Source of the DNA: Thermoanaerobaculia bacterium
Lineage (GTDB): Bacteria; Acidobacteriota; Thermoanaerobaculia; Multivoradales; UBA5704
Reading direction: 5' to 3'
NCBI GenBank assembly: GCA_036264355.1
Contig: DATARD010000190.1
Span: 16,678-80,677 of the forward strand
DNA length: 64,000 nucleotides
Positions within the stretch are counted from its first letter, which is position 1. Each line of letters starts with the position of its first letter. This document shows, piece by piece, positions 50,423-58,866 of the stretch. A model generated the notes under the pieces. That model searched no databases and had not been told where the DNA came from. It worked only from the letters and a program-made list of their open reading frames with translations. The position numbers were made by a program, and so were the translations under genes.

Positions 50423-50816
50423 TCTTCACACCATCCGAAGGGAACCGCCGGTCGAACGAGTACACGGCATCTACGCCGCGCTCACGAGCCTGCGCCCAAA
50501 GCAACGCGTCAGCGAACGAGACTCGCTTCGAGCCTCGACAAAGCCTGAGAGCTTCGAGAGCGATTGGCTTGGAGAGATTTGCCATCTGGATGTTGCGCAA
50601 CTGGACAACCTCCAAGAGAGCATCGACCAAGCGATCCCGAGCCGTCCCATAGACCGCAATAAGCACGTAGGCAGTCTCGGCAAGCGCTACTTCACTCAGG
50701 ACGAGAGGCTCTTCGCTCTCGATGATTCGCGCTGCCTGCTCAGCCATCTCGGGCGGGTCATTGGTCAGATATCGCACCAGGTAGCTGGTGTCGAGAAACC
50801 TCGATGTAACGCTCAC
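50370..50816 (-). CDS. vapC: VapC/PIN toxin
   Basis: 'FLDTS.LVRYL', 'AE.AYVL', 'SF.DALL', 'SFD..F'. Confidence 0.85.
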   Translation of the reverse strand: MSVTSRFLDTSYLVRYLTNDPPEMAEQAARIIESEEPLVLSEVALAETAYVLIAVYGTARDRLVDALLEVVQLRNIQMANLSKPIALEALRLCRGSKRVSFADALLWAQARERGVDAVYSFDRRFPSDGVKIIGMPPPTPPARTSSGH

Positions 50817-51079
50817 CGAGAGAATCTCTCCTTCTCCTCGGCCGCCGCCGCCCAAGCTTCTTCGCGGATCTCGCTCCAATCTCGATCTCCAACCGACTTC
50901 GTGACCGCGTCGGAGAGAATGCCGCGCAGCGATCTCTTGTGTTCAGGTGGGTAGAATCGGATCTCTATGTGGTCGTCTTTGACCGTTTGCACGGCCGTGG
51001 AGCCTGCCTCGATCCCCAGTGCCTCGCGAATCGGCTTCTCAATGACCAGTTGGCCCTTTGCCCCAACGGTGTTCGCCAT
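50813..51079 (-). CDS. AbrB/MazE/SpoVT-type antitoxin
   Basis: 'VGAKGQLVI.KPIREALGI..G'; GGAGG RBS. Confidence 0.88.
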   Translation of the reverse strand: MANTVGAKGQLVIEKPIREALGIEAGSTAVQTVKDDHIEIRFYPPEHKRSLRGILSDAVTKSVGDRDWSEIREEAWAAAAEEKERFSR

Positions 51080-51133
51080 GGTCGTACCTCCACCGCAAAG
51101 TATAACTGACCTACTGGAGTCGCACCAAGATCT

Positions 51134-51736
51134 TCACAGCAACCCCAATCCCCGCAGCGACTCCTCCAGCGCTTCCGAACCGGTGAAGAGGATCGTCTTG
51201 TAGCCCATCGTCCGTGCCGGCGCGAGGTTCTGCTCGCGGTCGTCGATGAACACCACACGCTCGGGCTTGGCCTGCACGATGCCGAGGGCGCGTTCGAAGA
51301 TGACGGGCTGCGGTTTGCGCACCCCGAGCCAGCAGGAGGAGAGGAAGGCGGTGAACATCTGGCGCAGGCCGAAGGCGGCGATGCGGTGGAGGTTCAGCTC
51401 GGCGGATTCGTTGTTGAGGGTCATCAAGGTCAGGTTCGGCCGGTGGGAGAGGTCGCGGGCGATGCGCAGGCTCTCCGGGAACGGCTCGCTCTGGGAGAAC
51501 ATGAAGGCGACGATCTCCTCGCGGGTGAACGACCGCGGCTGATAGAAGATGACGCTCTCCAGGTAGTCGTGCAGCGTGAGCCGCCCGGACTCGAACTCCC
51601 CGACCACCTCCTGATGGCGGGAGTCGAATTCGTCGTCCAGCCCGAAGCGCTCCACCGCTCGCGCGCGCTGCTCATGATCCCAGGCGTTCGTCCCGAGCAC
51701 ACCGCCGATGTCGAAGAATACGTGCGTGATGTCCAT
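51134..51736 (-). CDS. HAD-family phosphatase (YihX-like)
   Basis: 'FFDIGGVL', 'LNN', 'RKP', 'FIDDR..N'. Confidence 0.88.
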   Translation of the reverse strand: MDITHVFFDIGGVLGTNAWDHEQRARAVERFGLDDEFDSRHQEVVGEFESGRLTLHDYLESVIFYQPRSFTREEIVAFMFSQSEPFPESLRIARDLSHRPNLTLMTLNNESAELNLHRIAAFGLRQMFTAFLSSCWLGVRKPQPVIFERALGIVQAKPERVVFIDDREQNLAPARTMGYKTILFTGSEALEESLRGLGLL

Positions 51737-51768
51737 GATCCCCCTCTGACGCCTGCGAGGATATGACA

Positions 51769-53460
51769 CTACCGGCCGCGCCGCGTCATTTCGTCCACCA
51801 TGGCCAGCGCCTTGTCCACCAGCTCGTTCGGACGGATCGCCTGCGCCGCCCGCAAGGCGGCTTCGGCGTGTTGCAGATCTCCCTGGTACAGGCTGAGGAC
51901 GCCGAGGAAGTAGAGTGCGCGCTGATTCTCCGGATTGAAGGCGAGAACGCGGGCCAGCTCGCCGCGGGCCGCCGCGGCGAGCTGCGGATTCCGCGCCAGG
52001 GCTTCCAGACCCGGCCGGCCGCCGAAGCCCGGGAACAGGCGGAGCTCGAGACGCGGAAGCTGGAGCCCGAGCGGTCCGTCCCGGCGCAGGTAGACGGCGC
52101 TGTCGTCATCCCAGTAGACCAGCCCCCAACGGCTCGGGATCTCCGGCTCGATCCCCGGATATTCATGCTCCGTGATCAGCAGGTAGTCGATCCCATAGCG
52201 CTGGACGATGTCCGGGAATGGCGTCGTCGTGACCTCCTGGACCAGCGACGCGAAGACGTCGTTCCGTCCATCCCAGAAAATCGGCATCCGCGCCCGCCAG
52301 AGCAGGAAGCCGCCGAAGTTCTGATGATTGAAGACCCGGCCGCCGAGATGGTTCGCCTCCAGAAAACGGACCGCGCCCTCCGGCAGCTCCGGCGCGATGA
52401 GACGGCGCGAATGGCCGATCCAGGCCGTCGCGGCGGTGAGGCCGAGAACGGCCATGGTCGCCATGGCAGCGATCCGCCGCAGGTTTTGCGTCCAAGTCCT
52501 CCGAGCATGCAGACGGTAGAGCACCGGCAGCGCCAGGATGACGAAGTGGAAGACGAAGCGCGAGGACCTGAAGGAGAGGCCGAGAAAGGTGAGGATCGCC
52601 ACCCCTTCGGCGAGGGAGACTTCGCGCAACCGTTCCAGCGGGATCAGCCCTGCCAACAGCAGGACGCCGAGGATGAGGAACGCCGAATTGCTCCGCGGGT
52701 CCGCCGCCGCGAAGTGGCCGAGGTCCCACTCGATGCCGCTGGCGAACAGGATGTGGCTCAGCTTGAACGGATAGAGCCAGACTTCGATCCCGTTCGGATT
52801 GACCAGCGATGCCAGCGCGGCTCCCGCCAGAGTCAGGAGATAAGGCCGCGGCCGCCGCTCGCGGAACGCCGCCTCAACGGCGAAGAGGCCGAGGACGTAC
52901 AACCCGAAGATCACTCCGGAGTGCACGTTGCCCCAAAGAAAGAAGAGGACGACCAGGAAGATCAGGAACCGCCGCTCGCCGGACTGCCGAAACCGGGTCA
53001 GGAAGACCAACGCCAGCGCCAGGAACAGCTCCGACAGGAGAGCCGCCCGCAGGATCAGCTCCGCCGCGACCGCCCAGACGCCGAGCCCGAGCAGAGCGGC
53101 GATCCAGGGAATGGAGCGACTGGCGGTTTCGTCGGCCACCATCCGCCAACCGACCGCGACCCCGATCGCGAGAACCACGAGAACCCGCGTCACGATCAGC
53201 CCCGGATAGCCGGCGAGGAGCCAGATTCCCCAGGCCAGGAGCGAAAACGACCACTCGTGCGTGACCCACCGCGCGCCCAGCCGGGTGAATGAGAACGGGT
53301 CCGTCGTCGGCACCGTGCGATGCGCCGCCATCCACTCCCCCGCCCGCAGATGGCCGAACAGGTCGTCATGGCTCAGCGGACGCGACGCCCATGCGGCGGC
53401 CAGGGCCACCAGGGCCGCCAGGCACAGCCAGTCCAGGAGCTTGAGCGGGCGCTGAGACAC
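51769..53460 (-). CDS. Polytopic membrane protein (GT-C glycosyltransferase-like) with C-terminal TPR
   Basis: 'DD.F.HL.AGEW......P..DPFSF', 'HEW', 'LWGN.H.G', 'NP.G', 'FWDGR'; many TM segments. Start position uncertain. Confidence 0.65.
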   Translation of the reverse strand: MSQRPLKLLDWLCLAALVALAAAWASRPLSHDDLFGHLRAGEWMAAHRTVPTTDPFSFTRLGARWVTHEWSFSLLAWGIWLLAGYPGLIVTRVLVVLAIGVAVGWRMVADETASRSIPWIAALLGLGVWAVAAELILRAALLSELFLALALVFLTRFRQSGERRFLIFLVVLFFLWGNVHSGVIFGLYVLGLFAVEAAFRERRPRPYLLTLAGAALASLVNPNGIEVWLYPFKLSHILFASGIEWDLGHFAAADPRSNSAFLILGVLLLAGLIPLERLREVSLAEGVAILTFLGLSFRSSRFVFHFVILALPVLYRLHARRTWTQNLRRIAAMATMAVLGLTAATAWIGHSRRLIAPELPEGAVRFLEANHLGGRVFNHQNFGGFLLWRARMPIFWDGRNDVFASLVQEVTTTPFPDIVQRYGIDYLLITEHEYPGIEPEIPSRWGLVYWDDDSAVYLRRDGPLGLQLPRLELRLFPGFGGRPGLEALARNPQLAAAARGELARVLAFNPENQRALYFLGVLSLYQGDLQHAEAALRAAQAIRPNELVDKALAMVDEMTRRGR

Positions 53461-53542
53461 GGGAGGTAATCCTAGCAGGCTATAATGCACCTGTTGTGCG
53501 CCGCTCGCAGCGGCGGAACGATTCGAAGAGAAAGGTCCTCCC

Positions 53543-54658
53543 ATGCCCCCGAAAGCCCGTGTTGCGGTCATCAAGACCAAGCCCGAGACCGTCCTCGAAG
53601 ACGTTGGACGGACGATGCAGATGGCCGACGTCGACCGCTTCCTGAAGACCGGCGCCACCACGATCCTGAAGGACAACATCTCGTGGCACTTCCCGTACCC
53701 GGGCGCCAATACCACCCCCTGGCAGCTCGAGGGGACGATCCAGAAGCTGCGCGCCGACGGCTACGACGACCTGGTGTGCGTGCAGAACAACACCGTGGTG
53801 ACCGACCCCAAGAAGGGCGAGCGTCTGAACCGCTACCTGCCGGTGCTCGACAAGTACGGCGTGCCGGTGCGCTACAACTGCTTCGCCGACGACTTGAAGT
53901 GGATCCAGTACCAGCCCAAGGGGAAGATGCTGGCGCTGCCCAAGATCTACCCCGACGGAATCACCATCCCGGAGTTCTTCCTGGGCAAGAACATCGTCCA
54001 CCTGCCGACTGTGAAGTGCCACATCTACACCACGACCACCGGAGCGATGAAGAACGCCTTCGGCGGCCTGCTCAACACTCGCCGGCACTACACGCACTCG
54101 TGGATCCACGAGACGCTGGTCGACCTGCTCACCATCCAGAAGGAGATCCACTCCGGCATCTTCGCGATGAAGGACGGCACCACCTGCGGCAACGGCCCGG
54201 GGCCGCGCACGATGATCCCGGTCGAGAAGGACATCCTGATGGCGTCGGGCGACCAGGTGGCGATCGACGCCGTGGCGGCGAAGATGATGGGGTTCGATCC
54301 CATGAAGATCAAGTACATCCGCCTGGCCCATGACGCGGGCCTCGGGATCGGCGATCCGCGCGACATCGAGGTGGTGGGCGAGGACGTCTCCAACTGGAAC
54401 TTCAAGTTCACCGTCGGCGACAACGCCGTGTCGCGCTTCGGCGACCTGGTGTGGTTCGGCCCGCTGCACTTCCTGCAGAAGCTGTTCTTCCGCACGCCGC
54501 TGCTCTACTTCTTTGTCTTCGGCTCGTTCTTCTACCACGACCACATCTGGTATCCGACCATCGGCAAGCGCCGCATCGAGCAGTACAAGAAGACCAGCCA
54601 GTGGATGCGCCTCTTCGAGCAGTATCCCGAGGCTACCGCCGCCGAGAAGGCCGCCTGA
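53543..54658 (+). CDS. DUF362-domain (Fe-S-associated) protein
   Basis: 'ILK.N.SW', 'LP.VKCH..T..TGAMKNAFG', 'CG.GP', 'D.VA.DA'. Confidence 0.85.
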   Translation: MPPKARVAVIKTKPETVLEDVGRTMQMADVDRFLKTGATTILKDNISWHFPYPGANTTPWQLEGTIQKLRADGYDDLVCVQNNTVVTDPKKGERLNRYLPVLDKYGVPVRYNCFADDLKWIQYQPKGKMLALPKIYPDGITIPEFFLGKNIVHLPTVKCHIYTTTTGAMKNAFGGLLNTRRHYTHSWIHETLVDLLTIQKEIHSGIFAMKDGTTCGNGPGPRTMIPVEKDILMASGDQVAIDAVAAKMMGFDPMKIKYIRLAHDAGLGIGDPRDIEVVGEDVSNWNFKFTVGDNAVSRFGDLVWFGPLHFLQKLFFRTPLLYFFVFGSFFYHDHIWYPTIGKRRIEQYKKTSQWMRLFEQYPEATAAEKAA

Positions 54659-54660
54659 GC

Positions 54661-55653
54661 ATGGAGCCAGCGGTGACCGCTCCTCCGCCGGAGGAGGCAA
54701 GGAGCGGTCTCGACCAGCTCGGCCGGCGGCTCCTGGTGCCGCTCGGCCTCGGCGTGCTGGTCGGCATCGGGCTGGTGCTCACCGCCAGCCCGCGCCAGCT
54801 CCTCGACAGCTTCCGGCGGTTCGATCTCCGGCTGCTGCCGTTCGTCCTCACGCTCTCGCTGGTCAACTACGGTCTGCGCTTCCTCCGCTGGGAGGCGTAC
54901 CTGCGCAAGCTGGAGGTGCCTCTCGCGCGCGGCAAGAGCCTCGCGGTCTTCCTGGTCGGCTTCCTCCTCTCGGTGACGCCGGGCAAGGCGGGTGAGCTCG
55001 GCAAGAGCTGGCTGGTGCGCGAGCTCGGCGGCGGGCCGGCGCTGCGGGTGGTGCCGGCGGTTTTGGCGGAGCGGGTCACCGACCTGCTGGGCGTCCTCCT
55101 CATCATCGCCTGTGGCGCAGCGGCCTTCCCCAACGGCATCTGGCTCTCGGCGCTGCTCCTCACGGCGGTGGCGGTGGTGGTCCTCCTCCTCACCTGGAAG
55201 ACCGGCGCCGATTTCATCTTCCGCCTGCTTGCCAAGCTGCCGGTCCTCGGTCCGCGCGTCCCGCTGCTGGTCGATCTCTTCGACCGTCTGCGCAGCCTCC
55301 TCTCGCCGGGTCTCCTGGCCGCCGCGCTGGGCCTCTCGGCGGTCGCCTGGAGCGCGGAAGGCGTCGGTTTCTGGCTCGTCGTGCGCGAATACGCGCCGCG
55401 GGCAAGCCTCCTCGCCGCGCTCTTCAACTACACCGGAGCCACCGTCGTGGGTTCCCTCTCCATGCTCCCCGGCGGTCTCGGCGCCGCCGAGGGCTCCATG
55501 GCCGCCCTCCTCCACGCCCAGGGCCTGGGCACCGCCGACGCCAACCTCATCACCCTCGTCGTCCGCGGCGCCACCCTGTGGTTCGCGGTCTGGTTGGGTC
55601 TCCTGGCGCTTCCTTTCGTGGCGAAATGGCTCGCGGCACGAAAAAACGTGTGA
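54661..55653 (+). CDS. Lysylphosphatidylglycerol-synthase TM-domain / flippase-like protein (UPF0104)
   Basis: 'LR.LRW..YL', 'TPG.AGEL.K', 'ER.TD', 'PGGLG..E', 'R.ATLW'. Confidence 0.85.
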   Translation: MEPAVTAPPPEEARSGLDQLGRRLLVPLGLGVLVGIGLVLTASPRQLLDSFRRFDLRLLPFVLTLSLVNYGLRFLRWEAYLRKLEVPLARGKSLAVFLVGFLLSVTPGKAGELGKSWLVRELGGGPALRVVPAVLAERVTDLLGVLLIIACGAAAFPNGIWLSALLLTAVAVVVLLLTWKTGADFIFRLLAKLPVLGPRVPLLVDLFDRLRSLLSPGLLAAALGLSAVAWSAEGVGFWLVVREYAPRASLLAALFNYTGATVVGSLSMLPGGLGAAEGSMAALLHAQGLGTADANLITLVVRGATLWFAVWLGLLALPFVAKWLAARKNV

Positions 55654-55660
55654 GGTCTCC

Positions 55661-56167
55661 ATGGAAATCACCCGCATCGAGCCCTTTCTGGACTACTTCG
55701 GGCGCGTCCATGAGCGGACGCGCCGGGTGGTCGCCTGCGTTCCGGTGGAGCATCTGGAATGGACCTACAAGCCGGGCGCTTTCACGTTCGGCGATCTCAT
55801 CCGCCACCTGGGCGCCATCGAGCGCTGGATGTTCGCCGAGAACGCCCAGGGCCGGCCGAGCCGGTATCCGGGCCATGGGCGCGAGCTGGCGGATGGCCAT
55901 GCCGAGACGCTCGACTACTTCGAACGGATGCACGCGGAGTCCATGGAGATCTTCAGGAATCTCACTCCGGCGGACCTGGAACGCCGGTGCGAGACGCCCG
56001 GCGGGGCATCGATCGCGGTGTGGAAGTGGCTGCGCTCCATGGTCGAGCACGAGATTCATCACCGCGGGCAGATCTACCTGATGCTCGGCATCCTGGGCGT
56101 GCCGACGCCGCCGCTCTATGGCCTCACCTCCGAAGAGGTGCTCGAGCGGAGCCGGCCGGGCGATTAG
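55661..56167 (+). CDS. DinB-family protein
   Basis: 'T.GD.IRH', 'EHEIHHRGQ'. Confidence 0.9.
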   Translation: MEITRIEPFLDYFGRVHERTRRVVACVPVEHLEWTYKPGAFTFGDLIRHLGAIERWMFAENAQGRPSRYPGHGRELADGHAETLDYFERMHAESMEIFRNLTPADLERRCETPGGASIAVWKWLRSMVEHEIHHRGQIYLMLGILGVPTPPLYGLTSEEVLERSRPGD

Positions 56168-57174
56168 ACCCCGCCGCCGCGCAAGTAGCGCTCCTGATCT
56201 TCCAGCAGCTCGGCGTCCTCGCTCCAGCGCAGTCCGTCGATCTTGGCGCCGATGAGCTTTGTGGCGCTCAAGGCGGCGCCGCGGAGGTCGGCTCCAGTGA
56301 GGTCGGCTGCGAGGAAGGAGGCGCCTTCGAGATCCGCTCCGCGGAGATCGGCGCCGCGGAGCGACGCGCCGCCGAGGTCGCAGCGGGTCAGGTTCGCTTC
56401 TCGCAGGTCAACTCCGTCGAGATGGGCGCCGCGCAGATCACAATCCTTCAGATAGAGGTTGCCCAGGTCGCTCGTTGCGGGAGCCCAGCCGCGGAGGTCT
56501 GCGCTCAGCAGAAGGCTCTTGAGCCCGCGATACGGAACATAGCTCTTCGCGGTGCGGAATCTCTCGATCTCTTCCGCGGTGTGCGAGCCGCTGACGTAGC
56601 GCTCGTTGCCGGGCCAGGGATCGGCGTGGTTGTGGTAGCTCGACTCCCGTTCCCAGTAGCCGAGATGGTCCTCCGCCAGGAATTCGATCCGGTGGACCCA
56701 TTTGAGGCTCTTGTAGAAGTAGCGCGAGGGAGTGACCGTACGCAGCGGGTAGCCGTGCTCCGGTGCGAGCGGCCGGCCGTCGAAGGTGTGGACGAGCCAG
56801 GTGTCCGCCAGCGCGCGGTCGAGCGGCAGCGAGGTGTCGTGCCCGCGATCGGACCAGGCGACGAAGCGGACGAAACGCGATTCCGGCAGGGCTCGGGCGC
56901 CGCGCGCCGCGAGGAGATCGGCGAGCGGGATGCCGGTGAAGCGCATGTCGAGCTGGGTCCAGCCGGTGACGCAGTGGATGTCGGCCGTCAGCTCGCGCTG
57001 CGGCAGGCTCAGGATCTCTTCGTAGGTAAGGGCAAACGGAGGATCGATCAGCCCTTCGGCGGCCAGGCGCCAGGCAGCGAGATCCAGGGCCTGCGGGGCG
57101 GGTGCCTTCTCGCCGACGACCGGGTATTTCCTGGTCAGAGCCTGGCCGGGAGGCACACGGTCGCCGGCGGTCAT
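56164..57174 (-). CDS. Molybdopterin-dependent oxidoreductase (sulfite-oxidase/MsrP-like) fused to pentapeptide repeats
   Basis: 'DIHCVTGW' (Mo-ligand Cys), 'EHGYPLR', 'YKS.KW', 'GYWE'; C-terminal A(D/N)Lxx repeats. Confidence 0.85.
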   Translation of the reverse strand: MTAGDRVPPGQALTRKYPVVGEKAPAPQALDLAAWRLAAEGLIDPPFALTYEEILSLPQRELTADIHCVTGWTQLDMRFTGIPLADLLAARGARALPESRFVRFVAWSDRGHDTSLPLDRALADTWLVHTFDGRPLAPEHGYPLRTVTPSRYFYKSLKWVHRIEFLAEDHLGYWERESSYHNHADPWPGNERYVSGSHTAEEIERFRTAKSYVPYRGLKSLLLSADLRGWAPATSDLGNLYLKDCDLRGAHLDGVDLREANLTRCDLGGASLRGADLRGADLEGASFLAADLTGADLRGAALSATKLIGAKIDGLRWSEDAELLEDQERYLRGGGV

Positions 57175-57175
57175 G

Positions 57176-58549
57176 TCAGCAGAGGACCTTGATCACGTCG
57201 GACCGGGTGATGATGAACGGCTTGTCGCTCTTGAAATCGCGAACGAGAATGGCCGGATTTTCCGGCGTGATCATGGTCGAGATCAGATCGACCGGAGTCG
57301 AGATGTCCACGAACGGAAACGCCGGCTGCATGATCGATTCGACGGGACGGGTCTTGACGCTCGGATCGCGCACCAGCTCGGCGTAGAGATGGCTTTCGTT
57401 GAGCGAGCCGACGAGGCGCTTGTCGAGAGTGATCGAGATCTGCGAGAAGTCGTGCTGGCTCATCAGCTTGACCGCCGCCGAGACCGGCTCGCTCCCCTCG
57501 ATCGCGAGCAGCTCGCCGGAGAGGCCGGAGGCGACGAGGTCGCGCGCGGTCAGGCCGGAGCGGTCGATGAAACCTTTCGACAGCATCCATTCGTCGTTGA
57601 ACATCTTGCCCAGATAGCGCGTGCCGTGGTCGTGGAAGATCACCACCACGACATCGTCCGGATTCTGGAAGTTGTCCTTGAGCTGGAGGAGGCCGGCCAT
57701 CGCCGAGCCGGCGGAGTTGCCGACGAAGATCCCTTCCTCGCGCACGATACGGCGGGTCATCAGCGCGGCGTCCTTGTCGGTCACCTTCTCGAAATGATCG
57801 ATCACGTCGAAGTCGACGTTCTGCGGCAGGAAGTCTTCGCCGATCCCCTCGGTGCTGTAGGGATAGATCTCGGTCTTGTCGAAGATCCCGGTCTCTTTGT
57901 ATTTCTTGAACACCGAGCCGTAGGTGTCGATGCCCCAGATCTTGATCCGCGGGTTCTTCTCCTTGAGGTAGCGGCCGATGCCGCTGATGGTGCCGCCGGT
58001 GCCGACGCCGGAGACCAGATGGGTGATCTTCCCCCCGGTCTGCTCCCAGATCTCCGGACCGGTCTGCTCGTAATGCGCCACCGCGTTCGACGGGTTGTCG
58101 TACTGGTTGGCCTTCCAGGAGTTGGGAACCTTCGCCTCCAGGCTGGACGACACGGAGTAGTAGGAGCGCGGGTCTTCCGGATCGACGTCGGTGGGGCAGA
58201 CGATGACCTCGGCGCCGAAGGCGCGCAAGGCGTCGGCCTTCTCCTTGGACTGCTTGTCGGTCGTCGTGAAGACGCACTTGTAGCCCTTCACGACCGCCGC
58301 GATGGCGAGGCCCATGCCGGTGTTGCCGGAGGTCCCTTCGATGATCGTGCCGCCGGGCTTCAGGAGGCCGGCCTTCTCGGCGTCCTCGATCATCTTGACC
58401 GCCATGCGGTCCTTGATCGAGTTGCCGGGGTTGAACGTCTCCACCTTGGCCAGCACGGTGGCCTTCACGAGGCCCTGGGTGAGCCGGTTGATGCGCACCA
58501 TCGGCGTCTCGCCGATGGCATCGAGGATGTTGTCGCAGATCTTCTTCAT
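57176..58549 (-). CDS. Cystathionine beta-synthase (PLP domain + CBS pair)
   Basis: 'E.FNPGNSIKDR', 'TSGNTG', 'GVGTGGT', 'EGIG.DF'; two C-terminal CBS domains. Confidence 0.9.
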   Translation of the reverse strand: MKKICDNILDAIGETPMVRINRLTQGLVKATVLAKVETFNPGNSIKDRMAVKMIEDAEKAGLLKPGGTIIEGTSGNTGMGLAIAAVVKGYKCVFTTTDKQSKEKADALRAFGAEVIVCPTDVDPEDPRSYYSVSSSLEAKVPNSWKANQYDNPSNAVAHYEQTGPEIWEQTGGKITHLVSGVGTGGTISGIGRYLKEKNPRIKIWGIDTYGSVFKKYKETGIFDKTEIYPYSTEGIGEDFLPQNVDFDVIDHFEKVTDKDAALMTRRIVREEGIFVGNSAGSAMAGLLQLKDNFQNPDDVVVVIFHDHGTRYLGKMFNDEWMLSKGFIDRSGLTARDLVASGLSGELLAIEGSEPVSAAVKLMSQHDFSQISITLDKRLVGSLNESHLYAELVRDPSVKTRPVESIMQPAFPFVDISTPVDLISTMITPENPAILVRDFKSDKPFIITRSDVIKVLC

Positions 58550-58728
58550 GGGCGTCCCTTCCGCTTGAGCGGCGAGGATCATACCGGAGGCCGGCGACCC
58601 TCAACAATCCTCGGGCCGCCCGTGTCTTTCCAAACAGCGTCCGCGCGAGGATTCATTCGTGCCACGCTTGAAGTGGGTCCTTCAAAGCGGGTTGAAGTGG
58701 TGGCCATCGGCCCGGCAGCCGACTCTAC

Positions 58729-58766
58729 CCTATCTCGGGACTTCCTATCTCGGGCACCTATCTCGG
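58729..58766. repeat. Three direct repeats of CCTATCTCGG
   Basis: Copies at 58729, 58744 and 58757. Confidence 0.7.
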
Positions 58767-58866
58767 ACCAGTACACCCGCACCGGCCACAAGGAGCAATC
58801 ACTGAAAACAAGCAAGAGCGTCATCAGCGCGCGTGGTAGCAAGGGGGGAACTGAACGGAGCTGGCA

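Noticed and set aside
58550-58860. SAM riboswitch upstream of cbs
   Set aside because: No SAM-I core (ATC-AGAG...GGCAACC...GGTGC.AA) or other riboswitch consensus was recognised.
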